Shown here: piece after piece, positions 45,901 through 58,028 of the stretch | Numbering within the stretch: position 1 is the first letter of the stretch | Layout: each line of letters opens with the position of its first letter | NCBI GenBank assembly: GCA_000708835.1 | Contig: DF237107.1 | Location: 62,001 to 126,000, forward strand | DNA length: 64,000 nt | Origin: Klebsormidium nitens | Taxonomy: Eukaryota > Plantae > Klebsormidiophyceae | Reading direction: 5' to 3' | The notes under the pieces: model-generated | What the model was told of the DNA's origin: nothing | The model's database searches: none | Seen by the model: only the letters and a program-made list of their open reading frames with translations | Made by a program: the position numbers and the translations under genes

Positions 45901-47101
45901 TTTGACAGCGAGCATTTCTTGCTTCCGAGCCTTGTCATAATTTGAGCCTTCTCATCTTGACTCTAAGGGAGCTTTCTACTTGAGAGCCTGTGTGACCTTT
46001 CTTTGTTTAACACCTGAATGAGCCTTCTGAGTTCGAGTATGATTGAGCCTTTCTGAACCCCCAATGTTCCGGTTTCCGCAGGGTCCGCTGCTCCTGAAGC
46101 AGGCGACCGAGGTGGAGGCCGCGGCGCAGCAGGCGCGCGAGCAGGTGACGCACCTGCAGAACGTGCTGAGGGGACACGTGGCGGCCCGTGAGCGGCGGCG
46201 TAGGGAGGAGCGCGAGCGGCGCGCGCTGGACGAGGCGATGCGGTTGGAGGAGGAACGGATGAGAGAGGAGAGGATGCGAGAAGCGGCGATGAGCGGAAAC
46301 GTGTTTGGTGCTCTGGCGGGATTGAAAGTGGGGACGGAAGACGGGGGGGTGAGGCGGAGAGACGAAGGTGGGAGGGCGGAAAACGGACGAGCGGAACGGG
46401 AGGAGAAGAAGGAACGGAAAGGGGTGGGAGCGAGCGCGGAAGAGGGGCGTGCGACAAGCGGAGCTAAGGCGGGGCCGAGCGGGAATCCGTTCGGCGCGTT
46501 GAGAGATAAGCTGGAGGAGAAGAAATCGAGGGAGGGGATGGGGCAAGCGAAGCCGGGAAGTGAACTTGAGGGTCTGGAGGCCAGAAAGTACGGGGAAGCT
46601 GAGAGCTCCGACGACGAGGAGTTGGACCGGTATGTGGAGGAGCTGGTGAGTGCTTACAAGGACGACGGCGACGTTACCGGGGGAGAGGGCCGCCCCTTTG
46701 GGTTGGGGTTGGGAGGAAATTCGGCGGGGCAGCCTGCAAGTCTTGCTACTGCTCAGGTGATCAGGACGGGGCGCGGGGTGAAAAGATTGGGCGCTCGGAT
46801 GAAGAAGCGGCCCAATGAGGTTGTGGTTCCGCCCGCGGCAAGTTTAAAGCGGCAGCCGGAGACCCCCTCGATAGAGGAGAAAGGTGCTCCTCCGGCAACC
46901 GACAGTGTCGGTGTTGAGTCCGGGATGGAAGAGAAGTCGAAAACGTCGGGAGCAAATGGCAACAGCACAAATGGGTTTGTTGAGGAGCGCCAGCCTGCAC
47001 CTGCGCCCAAGGAAAGCAGCAAGGCGACTGCTAGAAAAGAAAAGGGGCTGTCCGGGTGGAAGGGGCAGCTTGCACAACTCAAGGACTTGCAAAGACGTTG
47101 A
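39968..47101 (+). CDS. MutS2: Plastid-type MutS2-like ATPase lacking a C-terminal Smr domain
   Basis: Exons 39968-40655, 41361-42766, 43285-43389, 43714-43879, 44391-44494, 45230-45361, 46082-47101, in consistent phases. Motifs: LEMLEWDRIC, ARHPLL, ITGPNTGGKT, DIGDDQSLVQSLSTFSGH, LLDEVGGGTDPTEG, ATTHH, GIPGRSNALNIAERLGL. The N-terminus is transit-peptide-like. Confidence 0.92.
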
Positions 47102-47981
47102 TGCACCGTTCAGCAGGCACCTTGGGTTGAGCGATCGCCCCTTGCTTACTTAGCTTCTTGGTGTCACATGGGTACAAGCTCTCCTCATCCTTTCCTACAA
47201 GGAATTACGAAGCTGGTTCCACCTCGTTTGTCAAATCATTGGTGGACGTGTATTTGGCTTGTGCCAGTGCTTGTGGCCGTACCCATCAGATTTACACATG
47301 CAATTTGTATGCATACGACAGTGGACGGTGCCCTAAGTACGTGACTTGTTGGATTTACAAAGGTATGATCGCATCCAAAAACAATTGCTTGCAAATGATG
47401 CCCAACGCGAATGAACAAGATCGAGATTGGGACAGGCTCTTCGCTCATTCAAAAAATATTTCAGAGGTCTTCAGCTTTCAGGCGAGCGAAAGACAATAGC
47501 CTCGCTAACGAAATGCGGGGTGCACGATGAGCCCGAAGCAGTTGATCATCCAATCAGGAGTCTGGGCTCTCATGACACGGACATGATCCGTGTACCTCAA
47601 GAGTAGCCTAGGTGACGACGCCCACGTGTTTTTCTATCAAGCATCATGGCACGATGAAGCAACCAACCTAGAGGGAAGTTACAGTATGGGAGTCTAAATT
47701 TCTAGACTTATGGACTCAACAAAGACGGTTAATGCGGGAGGATTTGGGGGCATGGAAGTCTTGAAGCCCGGGCTGTTCGGACTTACACAAGCAACACACC
47801 ATTGGTTGCTTTGATGCTTTGAGCTTGTATTATCAAAAATTGCATTATCAAAAAGCCCATCCGAATCAAATTAAGGAGAAACGTTCCCACGGGCCACGAA
47901 CGTGACTTGTGAACCCCCAAAATTTTACCTCGGCCCTCGAGCAAAAAACGGACCAGAAATCGCCGGCAAACAACAAGGGGC

Positions 47982-47986
47982 AAAAA
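47982..47986 (-). terminator. RNA polymerase III oligo(T) terminator of tRNA-Lys
   Basis: TTTTT on the minus strand, 3 nt after the discriminator base. Confidence 0.75.
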
Positions 47987-47989
47987 TCG

Positions 47990-48095
47990 CGCCGGAGGAG
48001 GGGCTCGAACCCTCGACCACAAGGTGTGCTACGGACCCTCGTATGAGCGAAACGTCGCTAAGAGCCTTGCGCTCTACCAACTGAGCTACCCCGGC
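47990..48095 (-). tRNA. tRNA-Lys(CTT): tRNA-Lys(CTT) with 33-nt intron at canonical position 37/38
   Basis: GCCGGGGTAGCTCAGTTGGTAGAGCGCAAGGCT-CTT-A[intron 48026-48058]ACCTTGTGGTCGAGGGTTCGAGCCCCTCCTCCGGCG. All stems pair, A and B boxes are intact, and the mature length is 73 nt. Confidence 0.95.
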
Positions 48096-49532
48096 AACAG
48101 ATGGTGGTCGAGTTGCACTCTCAATATACAATATGTACTGTACAATATTTCCATCATATGCAATTTCCTACTTGCATTAAATGCAGGATTGTTGGACGAA
48201 AACAATGATTGGACAACTTGCATACCGTAGCCGGAAGAACCGCGAGATGACTCAGATGAGTGCCCATGTGAGTCAGGACTCAGCACTCAATCAGGAGTCA
48301 TGGAACGAGTCGTGGACTCCTCGTGCAACAACGTCACGTCGAGAGTCGAGACCGCAAGAACCGCTTCGGTGTTCGCTTATAGCGGAGCAAGTTGCAAACC
48401 CAGCCTCTTGAGTGGCTGTCAAAGCAAGCCTCCAATATCCTCCTATACGCTTCCTAGCCGGAAAACTCGGAGGGAATTCATCCTTGGGGGTTGACCCGGG
48501 TTGAAGCCTGAGTTCCACTCCATACGGCTGGACGCCGCTGGAGTCATGCAGTTGAAGGGTACGTCTCGCAAGATGTGACACTGGCAGTGGCAGAGCAACC
48601 CGCTAGACGATTTGCTGCATGATGAGTCCGCATTGACCATTTTATGCAGGAGGCAGGCCCCGGACTGCCCGTGGACTGGCAGGTCCGATTCTATGTACAG
48701 TGTCCTGGTTCCCACCAGGCAGCTAGAACAACTAGCGGTTTGCTCGGGAGTAGAGCTGGGTACTTTGGAGATGCATGCAGCTTCACAGTTCACTGCTTTA
48801 CACTGATGCGGGATGCAAAGAACTCCCCAACAATAATTGCAATCCGGAGTCAGCTGCCTGCAATGTCCGAGGCTGTATGACAGGCGTGCCATTGAGTGAC
48901 AGTGAAGCCAGGGATTGACGAGCTTTCGTGGCAGAAAAGTCAGGGGTCGTACAATTGGCCAGCAAGTCTCCATCATTCGCGAGGGAACAGCGGTATCATC
49001 CTTCCGACATGTCTGTTGCAGATTCATAAGCATAGACCTTCGCAGTTAGCTTTTTCAGCTTGCGTGCTTGATCTGTTCCTGGAATCAACAAGTCTTCATT
49101 GTCTGAAGCGGCAGTATACAGACGGCTCTGCACTTTTATCTTTTAAGGCCAGCTCGAAAGAAGACACAAGAAGCTGGTGAGCTGGTGAAAATTGCGAGTT
49201 TGCTCAACCTGAGCTGTCCATTATGGTGCACTGTACACTTCTACATCTCATTTTGCAACAAGCTCATTGTGCAATGCACGAGGCGACTGCCTCATCAAGC
49301 GATTGAAGGAAGTCCTCACATCGACAGGGTGAAATTGGAAGCCTCCTACTCAAGGACAAACTTTCCAGACTTCCGTATCTGTGATGCCAATATACGTTTG
49401 GAAGCTGCATAGGTCACAAGAAGCAGCTAGCTCAAAAAGATGTGGAAGCAACACGTGTCTTGAATCACCATAATGATGGCAGAGAACAGTCTGATGATGT
49501 GGTGTGCTTTTCCTGGCTGCTCAGCATGTGGA

Positions 49533-52250
49533 ATGGCGCCACCTCTGCCCCCAGCAGCTCTCTTGGCAGATTACGCATTCAGTTTCTCAAAAGGGAAAGT
49601 GCTATACGCCGCTGTGGACAATCACTTGCCAGACATCTTTGCCAAACAAGGTACAGAACTTACAATTTCCAGATGCTCTTGCGCTCCTTTGTCATTTCTG
49701 CGAATCTGTTTTTGGAAATTGAGTAGGTTTGCTCGATGGACCTATTTGTAGGCTTTCTGGTCAAATTTCATACCTCCTCTTGCAAACAATGATAGGAGAT
49801 TAGTATTCTTGTGAGCAACGATTGGCAGCTCTGCTAAGTACCAGCAAGCCAGCCTGCTGAAGTCCAATTCTTGAACCTGGTGAGAATATATGCTTCCAAC
49901 CTCGTGATGCTCGTTTTACGCACTCAAGATAAAATTCACGCAATGATATCATTGGAATCTTGTGCAACTTTCCTCTAAGCTTGTCAACTCCGAGGTCAAC
50001 CATTTCGAAAAAAGCTTGTTTCCCTTGTGCTTGCGCCAGCATTCCGTTGTTCATTTCTTTTTGTGCAAGCAGTTTACCCTAGAAGCGTTGAAGATAATTT
50101 TGTACAGGGATGGCTCTTTGCCACGCAAAGGGCAAAAACAGTGTGACTCTATCTCCAGGTGAACCGATGCGTCCGGATGAAGTTGCTCAGCTCGCGGGAA
50201 CAGACCCTGACGCAACTGCACGCCTCATTCGAGCACTGTCTGGACTCGGCGTGCTTGACGAGACTGCAGAAGGAACTTACAGCTTGTCATCGGTTGGTCA
50301 GCTTCTGGTGTCAGACAAGGTAGGTGTACTCATTGATTTACAGTGCTTTCGAGCTTCTAGTGTTTCTTGCATGGATTCACCTTACCATTGTTGTTGTGTG
50401 AGAAGATTTAGGCACATGCAAGAGTACTTACTTTGAGCGCATTCCAGCTCAAAGTCGTGCTAGAGTTGATTTGGAATTTTAAGAGAAGCTATGAACTTCC
50501 TACTTTACTAGAGCAAGTCTTCTTTGTCATCCAAATTAGTTGGCTTCCTGGACATTGACAGAGGTCATCCGGCTTGTACCTTGCAATGTGTTTCTAGAAA
50601 CCAGTTTTATCACTTCAAAAAGCGGATTGCCTTGCAGGAGACAGGCGATTTGAGCCCCTTGGCCGGTGTAATAACCCACTGGAATGAGCCTAACACATCG
50701 AACACCTGGAATGAGCTGTCGCGCACCATTAAGGAGGGCGGCACTGGTTGGAAGAAGACTACGATGAGCAAGACGCATAAAAGCGTCTGGGACTACTATC
50801 AGGTACGCAATCACACCTGCGGCTGAGGGTGCGCATATATCTTCAACGTCCAAAAGGCCTTTGCAACTTGAAACCCCTGAACGTCTGCTCCCCTCCCGTA
50901 TACATACACGAGCAAGAGGCACTGTCAACCGAACGGTTGCATAAATAACACATCTCGCGTCTGACGGCTTAGCTTTGAGCTCATGTGACCATCGGTCCCA
51001 GTTATCCCGACTCCACGACCAAATTTTCGGTGACTCGCGAGTCAATCGAAAGTCGCTCTTCTGACTGCGCAGGCACACGCGGACACGTCTGGAAAGGCTT
51101 TTGACGCTGCAATGCGCGGTGTGTCGTCGACTCAAGTTCCTCAGCTCTTGCAGGTCAGGGGTTCGTCACAAACGCTGGTCTCTGCTCGTCTCTATGCCAT
51201 CCTCCTCCTGTCGTTTGCCCCAATCGTGTACGATACTCTGATTTGCAGACGAGCCAGAATCTTTGCAATTTTTCTAGGATGATTCATGAAAGCGGGTCGT
51301 GCTGGTGCGTTCCTTCTTTCATAACTTTCCAGCTTCCGGTTTGCGTTGACTACGAGAGAAATCTCAAAAACGGAAAGCGAAAATTCTGCTCGTGGCAGGC
51401 TTACGACGGGTTCAAGGACTTGGACGTGTTGATGGACGTTGGCGGAGGACACGGTGCTCTTTTGGCGGCAATCACCGCAAAGTACCCCAACATCAAGGGC
51501 ATCAACTTTGACCAGCCGCATGTCATCCAGACTGCCCGTTCAATCCCAGGGGTGGAGCTTGTGTCTGGAGACATGTTCAAGGCCGAGACTCTGCCCAAAG
51601 TTCCTAATATCATCATGAAGGTTCGTCTCATTTCTTTTCTTCCTTCTCTCGTGTTTCTACCTGTAGCTTTCAGGAATAGCAGTGCAAGATCGTAACTGGA
51701 AGCGGGTGCGATCACCGAAAAATTGGGATTCTGAGGCGTTCGGTCAGTGAGATACGCAGGTTTGAAGTAAGGCTAGTTTCAGAGTTCTGCAAAGAAGGTT
51801 CGCTTGAGAAACATTCGTTGACGTCAGCACTTGGGAGACGTCATTCTCCAATATTGCCAGGCGTCGCTTTTAATTTTTCGTCACTTTTTGTCTTGAATGT
51901 AAGGTGGCTCTAAGTAGAACACGCTCTGGTTTCGTTACCTCCAGTTCATTCTGCACGACTGGGGCGATGCGGCGTGCAAGACAATCTTGGCCAGCTGCCG
52001 CGGCGCCCTGCCCGCCGAAGGGAAGCTGCTGATTATGGACTTCGTCATCCCTAACCCTGGCACTGCACCCCCCGAGGCCCGCCATTTCCCGACTCTCCTC
52101 GACATCCAGATGATGATGATGTGCCTGGGTGGTCGGGAACGCTCGGAGCAGGAGTGGAAGACTCTGCTAGAGTCCGAAGGTTTCGAGATCAGCCGCATCG
52201 TTCCGCTGGGTCCTGGAAGCCCGTCCGTCATCGAGGCCGTTAAAGCGTAG
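49533..52250 (+). CDS. SAM-dependent class II O-methyltransferase, copy 2 (intact)
   Basis: Exons 49533-49650, 50159-50319, 50638-50802, 51073-51153, 51399-51620, 51945-52250, all GT-AG. Motifs: DVGGGHG, GDMF, ILHDW, GGRERS. An in-frame upstream ATG at 49473/49476 is also possible. Confidence 0.92.
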
Positions 52251-54094
52251 GTAGCGAGTGTCCGACGTCAGTAGCGCAGATCCTGCATAGGTTTGAAATA
52301 GCTTCTGCAATCGTTAAATGACATAGATATGTAGCTCTTGAAGGGACATACATGAAGACATATAGTAGGCTTGCTCAGGGGTTATGAAAGTACAGTCACA
52401 GACGGTCAGTCGCTAGCTGTACGTTTGCCAAGCTTTCCGAGTTGATCTACGTGCTCCACAAGTGAGGTAATATTCAGTTGGATCCTTAATTGAGCGTCGA
52501 GCTTTCAAGCGCTTGTTAAGGCCGTCGTATTGCCAAGGCGTTCAACCCTTTCAAAGGACTGTTCTGACGATGCATCATGGCAACTTATAACGTCAAATGA
52601 GGATTTCGGACAAGTGCTCTGAGTTGATGCAGTTTTGATCTCGCCTACTGTCACCACATGACATCGAAGCCCTCTGTCCAGGTGGTCCCGCAAGAGAAGG
52701 GCGCACTATCACCGCCAACATGTGATCAAAAAACCACTAAGTTTTCGCTATAGCCATTTTTTGGACGACCTTCCGTGTACCTCCCATTTGCTAGCTATAG
52801 TCTGATCAGTTTGACGGTTTGAAAGACTTCCTCCGCGGGGGCCACTCTAGCAGCAGATTTGTCGCGGGCCCTGCACTTTGCATATCAGCGCACCATTCGG
52901 ATGCACTTTGTCAGGAGCTGAATGTGCTTCCGATTGCATTGAGACAAGAGATAGCGACGCGATCCCGGGCCATGGCCAGTGCTGATACTGATTTAACAAT
53001 CTGGTGTCGAATCCTGCAGTTTCCCGGAAACGGATACCTGGCGCTAGCTCGTGTTCAGCGATTGAAGCATGCGGCATGCCACTGGCAGGCAGCTAACAGT
53101 CTCAGTGCATGCATTGCAATATATTTTGGAAGAAGTAACAGCAACCGTACCTAGCTTGCAACACGTAGATTGTCTAGTCACATGGGGCAGACCGTCATGA
53201 GCGTTTGCACTAGCTTCACTGGTACACCCTTTGCGGTTCATTTGAATCATGCAAGATCGCGAAGTGAGTTCGTCAAGTCGATGCTGCATGGAATTCATAT
53301 GTGCTAACACATATCATTGCAGATGCATGCTCGTATGCTCAACGCTTGCGCTCACACGGCTATGTATGGACACCCGGGCCATGGCGACTGCAGTGCGCGG
53401 AACATACAGCTGCTCATATGGAAACCTCAGGCTCATTGCACGCAGCGGAGCATATGACCGCCGCCGGCCATGCCAGGCACGCAGTGGCCCAGCGGTGGCG
53501 GCACGCTGCAGCATACATGCTAACTCTAAGCATTCTTGTGTAAACGTAACGCGCATATGATCGAGTCCGCACTGCAAGCATGGCGGTTGCATGTAAAGCC
53601 CAACTTATGCGATATATGTCATGCATTCTTGATGCACACTGTAGGAATGCTTCCCAGAGGAACAATGCAACTCGCACTATACTTGAGACGGGCAGAGGGA
53701 CAGCTAACGCATATATAAGACGAGATGATTGCTTGTGTGCCAAACGGCAGACTGGTGAATTCGAGTAAGGTCGTGTTAATGACTCCGGGAGCAGTCGCCT
53801 TTCATTCTCGTTTCGACACTTTCAACGGCCATGACGCAAAGTCTCCCAAAGCAGCACTGGTTTGACTAGAAGCAGAGTTGACGATATCACCAGCTCTCAG
53901 GAAGCACAACACAAAAGCAGAAGCAGCTCCCAATTTTCAGCCGTTCCGAATACTATGAAGCACTTGAATCGCGTTATGGAAACAATACATGAGAACATTA
54001 CCTCGTCAAAAAGAATCGACCTGCAGATCGCTACCTGTTTGTTTGACTTGACTTGAAACATCAGCCAACCTATGTACATTAGACCCGTATATGC

Positions 54095-57000
54095 TTAAGC
54101 AAACTCGTCGGATATGTCAGTTTTGCAGACGGGACACCGCCGCGAGTAGTTGAGCAGCCACTCTGATCCGCACTGCGGATGGAAACGGTGCCCGCACGGA
54201 AGCACGACTAGGTCGTCGCCAACCCCGTACTCATGTTGGCAAATGGTACACATCCTGATCAAACAAGTGAAGGGGAATCTTCTTCAAAAGAAAGAAAGTG
54301 CCTTGTCGTGTTGGATCCAGAAGAGCAAAGATGGAGAAGAGAAGACGGTTTCGAAGAACTATAGGGGAGCACAGAGTCAAAATGTCGAGATTATCAACGA
54401 TTCGCGGAGGTAGACAACGCAAAACTTACAGGAAGTCTCCAGCGAGCTAAGAAGCCAGTGTGGACGTTTTGCGCAAGGCCTGGAAAGGACATTGTGAAGC
54501 GGAGACGTGCAGTTTCCATGTGTCACGGACACCAACCTAACGTCTAGAAACGTCAAGACCTTGAGTTTGTAGGCGGACCGGTCACAGCAACTGGAGGCGG
54601 TTTGCGCAAATAGACATTTGAGAGTCAGCTTCGAAATGGGTGGACGAGCGACCAGGAAAGGTGAAGCAATGGTTAGGAGGCAGACTTCAGGGCGCTGGCT
54701 GGGATATGCCTGGATCCAGACCGGCTTGGGAATGCCAAAAGCCGTTGATTGGCCGGGTAGTGAATGGAAAGGCGTCGAGAACAGCAGACATTCCCATTCA
54801 CCGGGTCTGACAACATGCCCAATAAATAACCCTCTCCTTTGATTTCCTGGAATGCCTAGTGACTCGAAGATGAATTTGAAACAATGAGGCTCACTCGTGG
54901 CCAGCGCTCGTCGTGGTTGCCTTCATTGGGGACGAATGTGCAGAGCCGCCGAATACAGTGGAGGGGAGTGCCGCCACAGCGCCCGCGGTCGCCGTCACCT
55001 TGACGTCCTCCAGGGTTGTCAGGCGCTGCAAAACCGTTTGAACACAATGAATTCTTCGAAACTGCAGATGCGGAAACAACAGCTGTAGAAGGACACAGCG
55101 TGTCCTCGAATTGGATGTCGGTGAACAGCAGAACCCAGAGGATTGCACGGTCGATTTTTCGAAGCTCCATCTGATGTGCCTTAGCAAAGAAGCATTGACG
55201 ATTTGATACATCCCGTGCGACAGAGACATGCGTTTGGTCGAAGACTACGAGCCTGCGTGGCCAATGTTGAGCCAGAGCGCTTCAAATCCAAAGACGATGT
55301 TGGCACCAAGCAAAACTTTATCTTGAATAAGGGGAAAAGGAAGAAGGAAGAACCTTCAGACCCCACTAGAAGTTTAGAACGTGATGCATTCTTCTCTATA
55401 TCCATCCTTGACCCCCCCTCATAAACCACAGAACATGCCGGTCTTCAAAACCATTCAAAGACACCCTCTCGTGAGCTGCAGGCGCCCTTTGGCATCCAGT
55501 CCCAAATCAACATTGTGGACCATGTAAAGAACTTTATCATGTAATACAGAGGGACACACAGATACCCCATAGACTCCAAGCAGCATCCAACCGGCAGATG
55601 TCATGTCGGACGCTCGAACTCCCACCTCGTAAGTGAGCTCATGAGTCCGGGCTGTTCCAGGCGCCCGCGGCTCTCCCCCCTCAGGGGCGTGGTTGACGGA
55701 TAGGGAGAGCGCGAGCGCCATTTCGAGCTCCAGCTCCTCTTGGCGTTGTTCCCAGCGGCCGCGCCGAGAGGAGCCGCGAGACTGGTGCCCGTGCTGCGAT
55801 GCATGATCGAAGTCGGGTCAGAAGCGTGGAGATTTGGGCTCTGTGCATTGAGCAAGGCAGAAAGTGCTCCGATGCCAGGCACCAAAGTCTTCACGTGTCC
55901 TCAACGCGCTTACCCCCGTTTTGTTACCAAAGTATGAGTCTAGATGTGGGAATTGTCAATTGATACGATGGGGATTCTTGCCTGATGTTCCGTTTGTCTA
56001 GAAGTGCTATGCCTTCGAATAAAATGAACTACGAAGGCCCTCAAGTGGGGACAGACGGGGTTGAACACAAATCGTCTGGGAACCTTGACAATTTCTTCTA
56101 CCTAACTTTCGAGGCCAGTCAAGACTATGATATAAAGAATGGACAGGCCCTTTGGGCAGCATAATTCAAAGCCAGCCAAAATTTTCCGGGCTCACCCCTG
56201 CAAAGTAGTCCCTAATCTCTTCATCAGCATCCTCCCAATCATCAGCCGTCAGCCGGTGCCCCTTTGGTGCGCCCCGCCGCCGCCCCGGCGTTCCTCGTGT
56301 AGGGGGAGACTTTCCGAGGGCGGCTGGCCCTGGGCCGACACCCCCCCCATCCTGTGGAGACCGCCCCAGGCTACCTGACCGAGAACTAGGGCCCGCACTG
56401 CTGGAGCCTTTGGAGCGGCCTCTTTCCGGGGGGGTCTTGTTCTGGTTGGGCGCAGAGTGGGGGGAGCCCCTCGTCCTGGGGCTGTTCTCAGGGGCGCGCT
56501 GGTTGTTTGAAGACTTGCGCCGCGAGCTGTCGTGACCTGGACAAGAAGTATGCTGAACCATCATCAGCAGACTGGGAGGTAAGGTGCCAAGGGAAGTATG
56601 TCCAAGACAGGGATTGTCCTGGGGCTACATCGCTAGGAGTTTGCAACATCTCCAGTACAAGGTTGATGGAACGGCATCTCTCACCGGTGTGCCTTTGGTA
56701 TTTCTGATACCGCAGCATTCATTTGCATCTCTGGAAGACATTCGTGGTGAGAGTAACGAAGCCACGAGTGTGGAAAGCGGCAAAGTACCAGGTGTTTACC
56801 TTTTCCCGAGCATCTTTCGACGCTGTCCCTGTCTGTCTGCCCTCGCTGGCCTTCTGCAAAATCCGACAAACCTCGTTAAAGGAGTTACGTGAGGCTATCA
56901 CCAGTACGTATGAGACCTGCAAGACTGGGCTACTTCAAAACAAAGAGCGTGGTGACGGATTCAGATTATACGGGGCAGAGGAACTGTTGGCAAAGGGCAA

Positions 57001-57339
57001 CAATGGAGCTGGCAAACGAGTTCACGGACAAGCTTGTCACGTTTCCAACTGCCTCAGGCACATACTTCCACCAGCATTGTGTCAGTTCTTCGATCTATAC
57101 ACCGACCTTAGCAAGGACAATCGGGAAAAGTTCTGATTGGCCAGTACAAACTTCCTTACAACTTCCGGTGGTCTCCTTTTTCATACCAGAAATGCCCTCG
57201 CATGCAAAAGCAGTCTAGTCAACAAGAAGGCCAAATTCACAAAGCAACCAGAACCCTAGAAGTATCCTCAAGTCGCTGGTGCCCTACCTATGGGCCTGGG
57301 CTTCGACTGCCCCTTCTGCTTGCCAGCATTGCTGCTCAT
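54095..57339 (-). CDS. RING-H2 E3 ubiquitin ligase with a UIM-like motif (~283 aa)
   Basis: Exons 57288-57339, 56196-56536, 55626-55793, 54895-55025, 54095-54254, phases 1/0/0/2 consistent. Contains QEELELEMALALSLS (UIM-like), LTYE|RLTTLEDVK..AVAALPS (pre-RING motif), and CTICQHEYGVGDDLVVLPCGHRFHPQCGSEWLLNYSRRCPVC (C3H2C3). Confidence 0.85.
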
Positions 57340-58028
57340 CACTGCGTGAGTCCTCACAGCAGGCTGGCCTGAGCTCTGTCTTTACTCTGGAGCGCTAGTC
57401 AAGAACAGCTGCTGGCAACGCGTTGACAAAAGGGAGACCGGTGATCAGCTGAGGGTGCGCAGCAAGCTCTGCTTCCTTTGAAACTGCTGTCTAGTGCTGA
57501 AAGAAAGAGAATGCTTCTGTTCAGCGTTTCCTTGTCCTTCGCAAGGCAAACCGGAGGGATGCGAGGTTTAACCTAAGGCTTCAATGACAAAGTAGGTAGG
57601 TCGTCTTATAGGCAACAGCAGATTCTAGCTGTGCGCCAGACGTGCTACCTACCTATGGGCTTTGAAGCCTCTTTGAAGCTGGATTTCAATGGGGTTTCAA
57701 AGCGCAGGATCCTGTTCAATCTTCAGACTTCCGACTCGGTGTATCCTAGGCTTTTGAAACTTGGGAGGCGAAGATGATCCCCAGATTCTGGGATCTCAGA
57801 AGTTCGGACGTGACTGGGACGTCCCTCGTGATTCCTCCTCTGCGCCGACCTACGCAACCCGTCCGATGTGATTCAAATCAGCTCATCGACGGCCTGAGGT
57901 TTCCGAATTTCAAAATTGTCCAAACTCCAGGCTGCATACTTTGACTCTTCGCTGCTTTACAAATTAGGATTCAGGTACTCGCGAGTCGCGAGGTCTCTTC
58001 CTTTCTTTTCTGCCACTGGCTTTGCTTG

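Noticed and set aside
48443-49033. 196-aa minus-strand ORF near the tRNA
   Set aside because: Cys/Ser-rich random-looking composition with no domain or codon bias.
50536-51135. 199-aa minus-strand ORF
   Set aside because: Overlaps OMT copy-2 exons and introns antisense; no independent support.
53280-53720. CATATG/TGCATG-rich stretch with weak inverted similarity
   Set aside because: No clean arms or period could be defined.
56723-57218. Plus-strand ORFs with a VVTDSD..FP..H.C pattern suggestive of a MULE transposase
   Set aside because: They lie inside intron 1 of the minus-strand RING gene, the motif match is weak, and there are no flanking TIRs.
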